Shown: piece after piece, positions 1 to 10,580 of the stretch
Numbering within the stretch: position 1 is the stretch's first letter
Layout of the letters: each line of letters starts with the position of its first letter
The notes under the pieces: generated by a model
What the model saw: only the letters and a program-made list of their open reading frames with translations
The model's database searches: none
What the model was told of the DNA's origin: nothing
From: Carboxylicivirga agarovorans
Lineage (GTDB): Bacteria > Bacteroidota > Bacteroidia > Bacteroidales > Marinilabiliaceae
NCBI RefSeq assembly: GCF_050589845.1
Contig: NZ_JBNGPA010000003.1
Span: 77,720-141,719, forward strand
Length of the DNA stretch: 64,000 nucleotides
Direction: 5' to 3'
Translations under genes and position numbers: made by a program

Positions 1-1669
1 AATGAAAGCATATTGGTTTTCAGGAATAGCTTCTGTAAACTCAAACTTTACATTCTGCTCCCCTTTTTCTAATTTAACCTCTATAGTCTCTAAGGTAATA
101 TTTGGTGTATAATTTTCCTTTACATCACTCACTCGCAATTCTGCAAGCAATTCGGTTTTACCCTCGGCTTTTACCTTAAAATCTGCAACATACACCTGAC
201 CTTTACAGAGTGGCAATAGCTGTGCTGAAGCTCTCTCCAAATGAAGCCAATCACCATTGGCTGGAATCTCCGATAATTTTAATTCTGAACTAGCTTCTAT
301 TTTTGCACTTTCCAACAAGTTATCTCCTGCATAGGCAACTCCTGGAACACCTTGTCCATTTCTGCTTAGTGCATTCTTTAACTCATTTAGCAATTTTCCG
401 GTCTTTAAAGCTTCCGGGCTAGCATTATGCTTTTTACAAAGTGCTGCAGCCATTCCAACCACCTGACCACCGTGGGCACAAGTTGTCATCACACGTGTTG
501 TTCCAAATGCGATATGTGTAGCACTTATAATACGTCCTGCTAAAAACAGGTTTGTGATGTTTTTACTGATAAAACAGCGGTAAGGAATTTGGTAAACACC
601 TTTACCATGCCATTGTGTGCAACTTGCTCCAGTTGTATAAACACCTTCTACATCATGATGGTCAACAGCCCACCCGCCAAAAGATACAGCATCATCAAAC
701 TCAACCTGATCAATTACATCATTTTGATTAAGCATATAATGCCCTTCGAAACGACGACTTTCCCGCTTACCGGGTATTGTCCCCACCCACTCCAGGGTCA
801 TTGTCTCAGCTTCCGGAAATTCACCAGAATTCTTGATATAATCCCAAACACCATACACGACTTTCCATAATTCGTCTTTTACCTTCTCCGAATCATGAAT
901 AGTATCCATTTTGCCACCATACTCCAACCACCAGAAGCTACATCCTTTATCCTTGCTTTTTATCGAACGGTATTTTGGAATCTCTTTAATGTCTTTTAGA
1001 GCAATATCTGGAGCGACATATTTAACCGGCTTACCAACATCTTTACTGTAGAAAAAAATACTATGACCTAACAGGTCAGTATTTTCCTTTTCCGGTGCCA
1101 TCTGCTCGTTAAACTCAGCTTTAGCTTCCTGTCCAATACGAAAGGCTGCCCCAGCCTGAAAAGCAACGATACCATCACCGGTGGCATCACAGAAATTAGT
1201 TCCGCTAACCACATAATTTGTAGATGTTTGCGAGCAGAATGCTTCCACGGCCCTGATGGAATTTTCACTGGCTTTTATTGTGTTATAAATAGCTGTATTA
1301 AGCAATAATGTAATATTGGATTCCTTTTTAACGAAGTCCAATAACACCATATCAAACAGGACTGGATTACCTTCCTTATTTCGGTAAGTATTCTCCACCA
1401 GAATCTCATCAATTAATCCTCCTTCACGGGACCAACGATTGTTGTTACCCATATGAGAGGTAGCTCCCAAGGCCCAAAGGCGCACTTCACTTGAGGCATT
1501 GCCACCAAGTACAGGCCTATCTTGAATCATTACTACTCTGACACCTTCACGAGCCGCTGTCACGGCTGCACAAACACCAGAAAGGCCACCACCACACACG
1601 ACCAAGTCGGTCTGGAGTTCAACTAATTTGTTTTTGCGGGTTTTATTGTCAAAATCTTGTTTTATCATC
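1..1669 (-). CDS. FAD-dependent oxidoreductase (PF12831-like); N-terminal ~556 aa, C-terminus beyond window start
   Basis: Manual reverse-strand translation from ATG at 1669: MIKQDFDNKTRKNKLVELQTDLVVCGGGLSGVCAAVTAAREGVRVVMIQDRPVLGGNASSEVRLWALGATSHMGNN. It has a GGGxxG dinucleotide-binding motif. It is missing from the ORF track because no stop codon lies inside the window. It is co-directional with, and 0 bp from, the symporter gene. Confidence 0.7.
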
Positions 1670-3313
1670 TTAGTTGTTTTTTTTACTTCGTACCAACATT
1701 ACTATACCAAGCAACAGAATAACTGATGCAACTCCGATAATCATCAGCTTAGAACTATCGGCGATCGCACCAAGGGCGCTCAACAATATACCCACGGCAA
1801 TAATTCCCCATGACATGACTTTAATACCATGTATATTTGCAGCTGCAGCTTCGGTACTTACTTCATCTTCTTGTGATGTTTGAGGAGTTTCTTCAATATA
1901 TTCAACTCCTTTAGCCTTATTTACCATCTCAAACACCATTAACAATGCAATTGGCAGGGCCACACCCAAAATCATTTCATTGGCGCGCGATAAAGTGATG
2001 TCAAAAAGTAGTGGTGAAATAAATTTCATGAATAGGTTCACAACCAAGCTGGCAATAGTTGTAAACAATACTGAGAATCCCGTTTGACGCTTCGAGAACA
2101 GAGTCCATAATGGCGGCAGAAACATGGCTGCTCCGGTTAAGGATGCAATGGTGAGAATGACATTAACAATGCCTCCCATTAAAGGAACAAGCAGTGCTAT
2201 ACCTATTGTTAATGCACCAAAAGCCAAAGTTGCTAATTTTCCTATTTTCACAAGGTGCAGATCGCTGGTATGAGGAAACAACCTCTTATAAATATCATTT
2301 GTAATAACACCTGCTGAAATATTAAGAGTGGTATTGATCGAACTTGATGTTGCGAATACCATTCCACCAACGATCAAACCTAACATACCAACAGGCAATA
2401 CCGTTTTACACATCAACATATAGGCCTCTTCACTCTCCAGTCCGGAAAGGCTTGGATCAACGACACGATAAAGCATTGGAGGCAACATCCAAAGCAAAGG
2501 ACTAATGGTATATAACGCACCAAACATCCAACCTACTTTCTTGGCCTCCTTCGGCGATGAAACGGTTGTATAACGCTGAACAAAGGCCCAATTACCTGCA
2601 ATAAAGAAGAGATTATATAAACCAAAAGCTAAAAGGAATCCCCAGGAATAGTCACCTCCTGTAAAGTTCATGAAACCTTCAGGTACCTTACCAAAGAAAG
2701 TACTCATCCCGCCTACATGCTCAATAGAAAGTGGCACCACAATAATTACTGCAGCCAATAATACAATAAACTGCAATACTCCTGTGACCACAACTGCCCA
2801 TAAACCACCTACTGCAGTATATATAGCCATTACTGCTCCAATAACAATAATACTATAAGCCGCGGGAATCCCAGACCAAACCTCAACGATCTTAGCAACC
2901 GGATATAAAAAACCTCCGGCTGTAAAGATCGATACGCCAAGAAAAAGCAGTGTATATGTTTTCTGAATCTCTAAACCAAGACGTTTAGTTATATATTCAG
3001 CTACGGTCAATATCTTTGTTTTCTGCCATTTTGGAGCAATCCAGATTCCAATAATGATCCCGGCAATACACATAGTCCATTGAATGGATACTGACACCAA
3101 ACCATCAGCATAAGCAATAGCACCCCAAACGACGAAAGTACCCGCCGAAAAAAAACTCATAAATAAGGATAGACCATTCATCCACCAAGGTACAGCGCCA
3201 TCGGCTGCAAAAAAGGACTTCATATTGTTTCCGGATGCTTTTGAAAAAGCCATCCCAGTCATAAAAACAATGACCATAAAAAGAACGATCGCAAGTATAT
3301 CGATTGTGCTCAT
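1670..3313 (-). CDS. sodium:solute symporter (SSS family) transporter
   Basis: 547-aa polytopic membrane protein with SSS-like N-terminus (AADGAVPWWMNGLSLFMSFFSAGTFVVWG) and multiple TM helices. It forms an operon with the downstream oxidoreductase. Confidence 0.85.
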   Translation of the reverse strand: MSTIDILAIVLFMVIVFMTGMAFSKASGNNMKSFFAADGAVPWWMNGLSLFMSFFSAGTFVVWGAIAYADGLVSVSIQWTMCIAGIIIGIWIAPKWQKTKILTVAEYITKRLGLEIQKTYTLLFLGVSIFTAGGFLYPVAKIVEVWSGIPAAYSIIVIGAVMAIYTAVGGLWAVVVTGVLQFIVLLAAVIIVVPLSIEHVGGMSTFFGKVPEGFMNFTGGDYSWGFLLAFGLYNLFFIAGNWAFVQRYTTVSSPKEAKKVGWMFGALYTISPLLWMLPPMLYRVVDPSLSGLESEEAYMLMCKTVLPVGMLGLIVGGMVFATSSSINTTLNISAGVITNDIYKRLFPHTSDLHLVKIGKLATLAFGALTIGIALLVPLMGGIVNVILTIASLTGAAMFLPPLWTLFSKRQTGFSVLFTTIASLVVNLFMKFISPLLFDITLSRANEMILGVALPIALLMVFEMVNKAKGVEYIEETPQTSQEDEVSTEAAAANIHGIKVMSWGIIAVGILLSALGAIADSSKLMIIGVASVILLLGIVMLVRSKKNN

Positions 3314-3417
3314 CAGATTTTTCTGGATTTAGTTCGTTAGCATTTTTTAACAATACAAATGAAGTGTTTTGTATTTGTTCACCAAAGAAAAATCCGGAAA
3401 ACACATTCATTTATTTA

Positions 3418-3431
3418 CGGAAACGTTTCCG
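3418..3431. promoter_or_regulatory. perfect 14-bp palindrome CGGAAACGTTTCCG; candidate LacI-family operator in divergent promoter region
   Basis: Palindrome centred on CG, lying between the divergent symporter and LacI genes. It resembles the LacI/CcpA-type operator architecture (AAACGTTT core). Confidence 0.3.
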
Positions 3432-3599
3432 AAACAAATCACGCAAAACCTGAATACAACCACACTGCAGACGCAGTTATAACTAGTCAGTGAATACACA
3501 TTAAACAAATACAATTCCGATAATAGAAAATATTTTTTCCGAAAATAAATGTTATTATTCCGAAATTATATCTCATATTTGTTAAAAACAATTCGTAAA

Positions 3600-4613
3600 A
3601 TGAAGCACATAACCATTAAGGAAGTTGCAGAAGAACTTGGCGTTTCAATTTCTACTGTCTCACGGGCTTTAAACGACAAATATGATATCAAACAGGCTAC
3701 CAAGGATAAGATTGTAGCTAAGGCTAAAGAAATGGGTTATGCTCCAAATCCAATTGCCCAAAAATTGCAACAGAAAAAAAGCAACAATATAGGCGTTGTA
3801 GTTCCAGAGTTCAGAAATGCATTCTTCCCAGACGTAATTACAGGCATACAAGATATCATGCTACCACTGGGCTACCAGGTCCTTATTATGCAATCAAACG
3901 AAAGTGCTGAAACTGAGCTCTCCAATGTCAAAACCCTCTATAACAACATGGTTGATGGCCTAATCATTTCTTTCAGCTCGGAAACTCAAAAAACAAGTTA
4001 TTATAAAAGTATCATAGAGCAAGGATTCCCAATAGTCCAGTTTAATCGGGTAATTGACAAACTAAATACTTCAAAAGTTGTATTTGATGATTATGCCTGG
4101 GCCTTTATGGCAACTGAACATTTGATACTCCAAGGGTATAAGAATATTATTCACTTAAAAGGCCCTAAACACCTTACATTTTCAATCTCCAGAGCAAAAG
4201 GTTTTGAGGACGCAATGAAAAAGCACAAGCTTTTTAAAGGAGTCGAGTATTTTTATGATTCTGGAGTCACTATTGAAAGTGGCAAAAGAGTAATGAAATC
4301 AATTATTGCCGAAGACAAAGTTCCTGATGCTATTTTTGCTGTTACGGATCCAGTCGCCCTTGGTGCGATGATTGTCATGAAAGAGCATGATATCCAAATC
4401 CCCAAACAGGTTGGCGTAGTTGGTTTTTCCGAATCTCGCTTATCAGAAGTGATCCAGCCTTCCTTAACCACTATTAAACAACCTACTTATGAAATGGGGC
4501 AAGCCGCAGCTAAGCTGTTAATTCAAGAAATTGAAACAAACATCTCAATTCCACACAAAGTCAAATTGAGTGGTAGTTTCAAGATAAAGCAATCGTCTGT
4601 TCGTATACATTAA
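3600..4613 (+). CDS. LacI family transcriptional regulator
   Basis: N-terminal HTH MKHITIKEVAEELGVSISTVSRALND, then a periplasmic-binding-protein-like sugar-binding fold. Start adjusted from ORF-track 3549 to the ATG at 3600. Confidence 0.85.
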   Translation: MKHITIKEVAEELGVSISTVSRALNDKYDIKQATKDKIVAKAKEMGYAPNPIAQKLQQKKSNNIGVVVPEFRNAFFPDVITGIQDIMLPLGYQVLIMQSNESAETELSNVKTLYNNMVDGLIISFSSETQKTSYYKSIIEQGFPIVQFNRVIDKLNTSKVVFDDYAWAFMATEHLILQGYKNIIHLKGPKHLTFSISRAKGFEDAMKKHKLFKGVEYFYDSGVTIESGKRVMKSIIAEDKVPDAIFAVTDPVALGAMIVMKEHDIQIPKQVGVVGFSESRLSEVIQPSLTTIKQPTYEMGQAAAKLLIQEIETNISIPHKVKLSGSFKIKQSSVRIH

Positions 4614-4751
4614 AAGTATGTTCGTAAAAAACGCCTTAATGTCCACATGCATTACTGTTTCGTTTTCATAGAAATATTCCAGTTGTTGGCGACTCTTCTT
4701 TTAAAGAGAAAAGTACTTCTGGAAAGCGTGTTTAACCACAAGAGTACCGGA

Positions 4752-4762
4752 GGGGGGGGGGG
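4752..4762. repeat. G11 homopolymer followed by a C-rich stretch (caatcccctctccc); imperfect hairpin in a convergent 3' intergenic region
   Basis: Directly visible. A G run of this length is unusual in an AT-rich genome. Confidence 0.8.
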
Positions 4763-4842
4763 CAATCCCCTCTCCCTTCAAAAATTAAGGCTGACTTATG
4801 CCAACCTTAATTAAACTATCTTTTCGCATACTTCAACTTCAA

Positions 4843-7149
4843 TTATTCCAATTTAAAATAAACCGGTACTGTATACGCCACTTTTATAGCTTGCCCCCTC
4901 TGTTTTCCTGGCTTCCATTTGGGCATAGCCTTGATAATGCGTATAGCCTCAGCATCCAATTCCGGCGATACACCTCTTACAACTTTAACGTCTGTCACAC
5001 TGCCGTCAACATCGATACTAAAACTAATGTATACCGTTCCGCTAATACCATACTCCCGCGCCTTCAAGGGATAATTCAGGTTATTGGCAATAAAGGATTT
5101 TAGAGCCTTGTCACCTCCTGGATACTCAGGCATCTCCTCCACCAAAATAAACAAACTTACATCCTCTTCTCCCTCCTCAAAATCCATCGATACAATTTCA
5201 AGATCACACTCAGCGTCTTCGATACTCAATTCTTCATCCAGTTCAATAGCATCATCAGTAATGTTTAAAATATCGCCTGATGTTACAGGTGGTGCTTTTA
5301 AACTTCTATCGGTATTTTTTGTGGAATATTCAGCCTTTGGATCAATCGCCACAAAGGAGGTAAATTCAGTTAACAGGTTATACTTTTTTCCAAGCGTTAT
5401 AATTTCATTTCTCAGAGCTGAGTCTGAACTTACTCCTCTGTAGTCTGATAACAAACGTATCTTCTCCCTTGCCCACAGGTATTTTAGTGCTTTGTCACCA
5501 TTACCTTTGGGGGGATCAATTGTAATAAGCTGGTTAATCTCCTTTTCACCTGTCATACCTTTGATACGTAACGTGCCTTTTCCTTTTCCTTTATACTTTC
5601 CTGATATGATCAAAGGACGCCCGGCAAGCAGATCAGGTACATTTTTAGGCAGAACATCATAAAATTCAAGCCCCTCAGTTGTATAGCTGATGTTCGTCAT
5701 TAATGGCTGCGACACATAGCGGATAAAACGCTGGCGTACAGGAGCTGCTTCCTCCCTGTTCATCACAAAGAAAGGTTCGCCGTATCCGACATGAGCCATA
5801 CCTTCGATCAGATGCCTGTTCACCCCCTTACCTATACCAAATGCATAGAAGTTAGCTTCACCCATTTTGTTTCTTATCAAATCAAAGGTGGCCTTTTCAA
5901 CTGTAACATAACCGTCGGTAAGAATCAGAAATGATGTTGAGAAATTTTCATTGCGTTTCATTTGAAGAGCTTTGTTTAAGGCAGATAAAAGCTCGGTCCC
6001 TCCTCCACCCTGTCGACGTTCAATAAACCTGATGGCTTTATCAATATTGCCCTGTGTGGCCTTAACCGATACTTCTGCGAACATTTCTGAACCACCTGCA
6101 AAACATATAATGTTAAACACATCTGTCAATTTTAAATGACCCAGCAATTCCTTCATCATTTGTTTAGATACATCCAGAGGAAAACCGTTCATTGAGCCAG
6201 ACACATCAACAATAAATACATATTCACGGGGCGGGATAGCTTCGGGAACTATTCGAACAGGTGGCTGAACCATGGCTAAGAAATAGTTCTCTTCGTCGGC
6301 CCCTTCATACACTAACACTCCTGTCTCTATGGCACCTCCACTTAAGGAATACTTCATTACAAAGTCGCATAGCCTGCCATCATTATCCGTCATCCTCAGC
6401 TGAGCCGATGATCTGCTTTCGTATTCTATCTTGTTGGGATGTGTAGCGCATTGCATTTGTTTTATGGGTATATAGGTTGATAAGCCAAGTTCTAAGTTGA
6501 ACTCAGGATTAAACCCGACTTCTGCCTGAAGGTATGGGTTAATTATCCAACTTTCTATTGCATGGCTTTGTAATTCATCCTTACTTACATAGCGTGGACC
6601 AACAACAGTTGGATAAACAAACTCATACACCTGATCAACAGGTACCAGTAACTCAGTATAATGCATATCAACCTCCATTGTGGTTCCAGGCCTTATATTA
6701 GCAACACTCATCTTAAATACATTCGGTCGCTCTTCTTCCAGTAAAGATGCATTTTGTCCTTTCTTTTTGGCGTTCCGATACATTGTTCGGGCCTTTCCTT
6801 TTTCTTCAACAACTGCACGAATTTCGCGCTCCCCCACCCTCATCACCATATCATATACTGCAGCTCTTGATGAAGCAGGAAAGACGTATAATGCCTCCAA
6901 GGTCGAAGCACTTGTATTCGTATATACCTGCTTAACCTGCACATCAGCAATAACACCAGAGATATTCACCTTTACAGCGGTTGATTCCAGCAAAAAAGAA
7001 GACTGCTCTTTATCTTCTGATAGCACGATAAAATATGGTGATTCATTCTTACAACTATTAGTCTGAGTATTTTGAGCATGAACCAACCAGTGAGGCATCA
7101 GCATAAACACTGATAGCATTAATCCTATTCCAATACGTTTTGACTTCAT
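4843..7149 (-). CDS. secreted VIT + vWA domain protein with C-terminal TonB_C-like domain
   Basis: Signal peptide MKSKRIGIGLMLSVFMLMPHWLVHA. VIT-like N-terminus. vWA MIDAS motifs DVSGSM ... ILTDGYV. C-terminal ~90 aa resembles the TonB C-terminal domain (YPGGDKALKSFIANNLNYP...GISGTVYISFSIDVDGSVTDVKVVRGVSPELDAEAIRIIKAMPKWKPG). Confidence 0.75.
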   Translation of the reverse strand: MKSKRIGIGLMLSVFMLMPHWLVHAQNTQTNSCKNESPYFIVLSEDKEQSSFLLESTAVKVNISGVIADVQVKQVYTNTSASTLEALYVFPASSRAAVYDMVMRVGEREIRAVVEEKGKARTMYRNAKKKGQNASLLEEERPNVFKMSVANIRPGTTMEVDMHYTELLVPVDQVYEFVYPTVVGPRYVSKDELQSHAIESWIINPYLQAEVGFNPEFNLELGLSTYIPIKQMQCATHPNKIEYESRSSAQLRMTDNDGRLCDFVMKYSLSGGAIETGVLVYEGADEENYFLAMVQPPVRIVPEAIPPREYVFIVDVSGSMNGFPLDVSKQMMKELLGHLKLTDVFNIICFAGGSEMFAEVSVKATQGNIDKAIRFIERRQGGGGTELLSALNKALQMKRNENFSTSFLILTDGYVTVEKATFDLIRNKMGEANFYAFGIGKGVNRHLIEGMAHVGYGEPFFVMNREEAAPVRQRFIRYVSQPLMTNISYTTEGLEFYDVLPKNVPDLLAGRPLIISGKYKGKGKGTLRIKGMTGEKEINQLITIDPPKGNGDKALKYLWAREKIRLLSDYRGVSSDSALRNEIITLGKKYNLLTEFTSFVAIDPKAEYSTKNTDRSLKAPPVTSGDILNITDDAIELDEELSIEDAECDLEIVSMDFEEGEEDVSLFILVEEMPEYPGGDKALKSFIANNLNYPLKAREYGISGTVYISFSIDVDGSVTDVKVVRGVSPELDAEAIRIIKAMPKWKPGKQRGQAIKVAYTVPVYFKLE

Positions 7150-7929
7150 ATTAAACGGTTTAAGTTAAACATGATTATCTATAATCAACAGCTGTACCAG
7201 GAAGCAAAACAACTCTTATTGAAATACACTTAAAACACTATACAAAGCTGCTATTGTGAACTTTACAGAACACCAAATAACCACATGTATAAATAAAACA
7301 AGAAATGAATCCTTATTCCTATCCGCCCATGTGGGTGCTTATAAACGAATACCAAAGTAGTCCAACGCTTGTTGAACAGTATAATACAGCCCCAAAAAAA
7401 GCCCATCCATATCCACCTCTTATTTATCAAATACATATGCGTTGTTTAGCTAAAAAAGTTAATTTAGTATTCACTAATCGGAATAAACAATCTTGCCATG
7501 GCCGGTTAAATCAGGAAGGTATAATGGATGGAATAGCAAGATTATCATTAAAATACCACAGCTTTGTGCAGTATGTAAATACTATAAATGGACCAATTAT
7601 CATTAAGGAACAGTATACACCGGTGCTTCAGTGAGCAAGCATGATGCACTTATGAAATAAGATTATTCGTTGAAAAACCGGTATTTAAAAACAAGCGGGC
7701 ATAAAGGTCAGAAACCTGATGTTACATTTCTTAAGCCTGAATATACACTTACTCAGAACTTAAAATAGAAGAAGATGAACAAAATATTAGAGATAATCTA
7801 CGAAAGGACAAAACCTGCAGGTGATATTTCGATGCATTAGCGCCCAGTGTTAGCACTATGGACGAGTCAACCTCATCGAGATCCCCATTTTCCAATTGAC
7901 AACCAGAACATATCAATAATTCCAATACT

Positions 7930-8826
7930 ATGAAAAGACTAATTTTAATAGCTCTTGTTTTTACAGGAAGTTTAACAGGATTGAAAGCAAGTGACTTAAA
8001 CAATGAGATAATCGAGCTCGCAAATATCTATAGAAACTTTATGTTTCGTAACAATCCTACTAATGCAACTTTTGAGCAGCTATCAAAGACGAATTCAATC
8101 GAGCTGACCACCTCGACAAAATTTATAAAAGAAACTATTACAACCGATAACAAACTAGTTTCTTCAGATTTCCTGAAATTACCCGACGAAGCTACCTTGA
8201 AGTATATTTATATTATCAGGAAAGTGAATTTGAATATAAGAGATGATCAAGCCAAAGACAATAACGAGTTAATAGACGAACTCACAAACACTGAAATTCA
8301 GCGTCATGAATTAATTGACAGCTACTATGATATGTTATTTAGTGGAGTTGCCAATAAAAACAGACCTTTCGACCTATCTGAAGTTGACTTTCAATTAAAC
8401 GACTATGATTTACAGGATGATACTGAAAAAGCCATTTTCTTCTTTAAGGCAATGGACTTATGTGGTAAAGTGATTTGGGGATACATGAATATTGTGAGAC
8501 CACCAAACTATAAAAAAGCTATGTCTTTTATTGAGAAATATCCGAAGTTTAATGGTCAACCTTATTATCAATATTTAGATTTTAGCTTTCCGGACTTCGA
8601 AATGCAAATGGTGAAAGATAAAGATAAGGAAAGCTATAAATCATACTACCTGAATAAGTACTATGACACTTTACTATCCCATTTGACCTGTTTAAGTCAA
8701 AAGAAAAAATACAAAAAGGAACGAACCAATCTTCTACTCGGCTCAATATTGAAAGAGGAGAATTATTATAAATATTCTAAGAAAAAGAAAATACTTGAAT
8801 CTCTATTTACAACGGTAGATAGATAA
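7930..8826 (+). CDS. hypothetical secreted protein
   Basis: 298-aa ORF with N-terminal signal peptide (MKRLILIALVFTGSLTGLKAS). Lysine-rich C-terminus. No recognised domain. Confidence 0.5.
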   Translation: MKRLILIALVFTGSLTGLKASDLNNEIIELANIYRNFMFRNNPTNATFEQLSKTNSIELTTSTKFIKETITTDNKLVSSDFLKLPDEATLKYIYIIRKVNLNIRDDQAKDNNELIDELTNTEIQRHELIDSYYDMLFSGVANKNRPFDLSEVDFQLNDYDLQDDTEKAIFFFKAMDLCGKVIWGYMNIVRPPNYKKAMSFIEKYPKFNGQPYYQYLDFSFPDFEMQMVKDKDKESYKSYYLNKYYDTLLSHLTCLSQKKKYKKERTNLLLGSILKEENYYKYSKKKKILESLFTTVDR

Positions 8827-8934
8827 TACACCATACAAGCTTTATAAAGCACAGCCTTTAAAAGTGCCAATTATGGCTTTAAAATACAAACCAAAACAGC
8901 AAGGCTCCTCAGTAACAATTAATAATATAGAATT

Positions 8935-9327
8935 ATGGATTGTCCCAGATGTAAATCACTATTAATAAAAGATACAGTAAAAGATCTGAATACAGGTTTT
9001 GAAGTAGATACCTGCCCTTCATGCGGAGGAACATGGTTTGATAAAAACGAATTATCTCAAATTGATAAAGTCATTGAACCAACATTTTTAGAGATAAGAC
9101 ATATACCGGGTAAAAAAGATCAGATAGAACCGCTGAACTGTCCATCATGTAAAACCTCTCCTGCCCTCCATAAGTCGGAACATTACAGAGATAAAAAGGT
9201 CATCATCGACCATTGTCCTTCCTGCAAAGGAATATGGCTCGATAAAGGTGAATTAGAAGCCATTAGAAAGGAAAATTGGCTGATCACCATTGGTAAAATA
9301 TTTAATTGGTTGATTGGAAAGGAATAA
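8935..9327 (+). CDS. tandem TFIIB-type zinc-ribbon (zf-TFIIB, PF13453-like) protein
   Basis: Two copies of CPxC-(15-20 aa)-CPxCxGxWxDKxEL (CPRCKS...CPSCGGTWFDKNEL and CPSCKT...CPSCKGIWLDKGELEAI). A paralog lies at 38736..39137. Confidence 0.7.
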   Translation: MDCPRCKSLLIKDTVKDLNTGFEVDTCPSCGGTWFDKNELSQIDKVIEPTFLEIRHIPGKKDQIEPLNCPSCKTSPALHKSEHYRDKKVIIDHCPSCKGIWLDKGELEAIRKENWLITIGKIFNWLIGKE

Positions 9328-9369
9328 ATCGCACCCGCTAACCTAATTACGCATAAAATATCATATTCA

Positions 9370-9975
9370 ATGAAAAAACAAGTTTTAATAGTCCTCGGAC
9401 TGATTGTGTATTTATCAAGCTTTGCTCAAACACCCTTTCTGACTGAAAAGAAAAACATAAAGGAAGTAAGAGAAATTGAAAACCAATTACAGTCTGTTTT
9501 TATTGGTTTTGACACCACAAGAGTGCAACAAGATTACTTTCCGGGAGCTGTAAAGGACAAAGATTATTACCCGATTAAATTCAAACGGACCAATGATGAT
9601 TTTTTTCCTGAGCTTTTTGTTCATTACTATTATGATGAGAATGATTCATCTGTTGTTTGTGCTTCTTATGACTGGGAGATCATGAATTATGTGCAAAACA
9701 TCTTTACTGATGGTCACCGGTTTGAGACAGAACAAAAAAGAAAAAAGGAATACCTGAAAAAGTACAAAGAAGTAAAGAAGGATGTGATCAACAGCCTTGG
9801 TGAACCCGATAAAATTGATGAGTCCAAAGGTGATGAGGGTTACTTCTATAAGTTAGAGTGGTTTAAGGAAGATATTGATGTTCTGATATTGTTTTCATTC
9901 TCTACAAAACTAAAAGCAATGGGGCCTGCTAAGTTTGGTTCATACAGAATAAGGCTAAAGCTTGAATACAAATAA
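9370..9975 (+). CDS. hypothetical secreted protein
   Basis: 201-aa ORF with signal peptide MKKQVLIVLGLIVYLSSFAQ. No recognised domain. Confidence 0.5.
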   Translation: MKKQVLIVLGLIVYLSSFAQTPFLTEKKNIKEVREIENQLQSVFIGFDTTRVQQDYFPGAVKDKDYYPIKFKRTNDDFFPELFVHYYYDENDSSVVCASYDWEIMNYVQNIFTDGHRFETEQKRKKEYLKKYKEVKKDVINSLGEPDKIDESKGDEGYFYKLEWFKEDIDVLILFSFSTKLKAMGPAKFGSYRIRLKLEYK

Positions 9976-10004
9976 AATAATCGCAGTAACTAAATATATA
10001 TAAC

Positions 10005-10499
10005 ATGACTATTAAAACGCACATTGATTTTAAGGAGTATGTAAAACTGATGTACATATTGACTTACAGAAAAGGTGCATTTATTTTCACTGGTCTATTG
10101 GGAGTCTTTTTATTCACCATATCAATGCTCTATTTTACAGGAAGCCTTGAAACCGACACACCTCCCGCGATGGCAATTACCATGAGTATCATTTTTTTAT
10201 TCCTACTACCATTCTCCGTCTATTTTGGTGCAAAAAAGAACTACTATTCCCATGGCAGGTTACAGGAAGAAATAAGCTATGAGATCACAGAAGACCTCAT
10301 AGCTATAAAGGGAGAAACATTCACTACTGAAATGAGCTGGGATAAAACCTATAGAGTTCTTGAACTTAAGAACTGGCTATTGATCTATGAAAACAAAATG
10401 ATGGCCAACATCATTCCTAAAAGATCCATTGATAACATGGATAAGCTGCGGGGCATTATTCGAAATCAATCTATCAAACAGAAACTTAAAAGATCATAG
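10005..10499 (+). CDS. YcxB-like membrane protein (two TM helices + C-terminal domain)
   Basis: The architecture (two hydrophobic helices after residue ~25, then a soluble domain) resembles the YcxB family. Assigned by pattern only. Confidence 0.4.
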   Translation: MTIKTHIDFKEYVKLMYILTYRKGAFIFTGLLGVFLFTISMLYFTGSLETDTPPAMAITMSIIFLFLLPFSVYFGAKKNYYSHGRLQEEISYEITEDLIAIKGETFTTEMSWDKTYRVLELKNWLLIYENKMMANIIPKRSIDNMDKLRGIIRNQSIKQKLKRS

Positions 10500-10580
10500 G
10501 CTCTACCTCTGACCTGATTTAAGGATGTCATCTATCATTTGCACAGTGGAAGTATAGATGACATCTTTTTTTTCGCTCAA

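Noticed and set aside
589-1268. ORF-track entries 589..870 (+) and 1068..1268 (-)
   Set aside because: They lie inside, on the opposite strand or in another frame of, the long FAD-oxidoreductase reading frame, whose translation has clear family motifs. They are spurious frames.
7305-7634. 109-aa ORF in the 780-bp intergenic region before 7930
   Set aside because: It has no recognisable domain or signal and no obvious translation-initiation context. It is more likely non-coding promoter or leader sequence.
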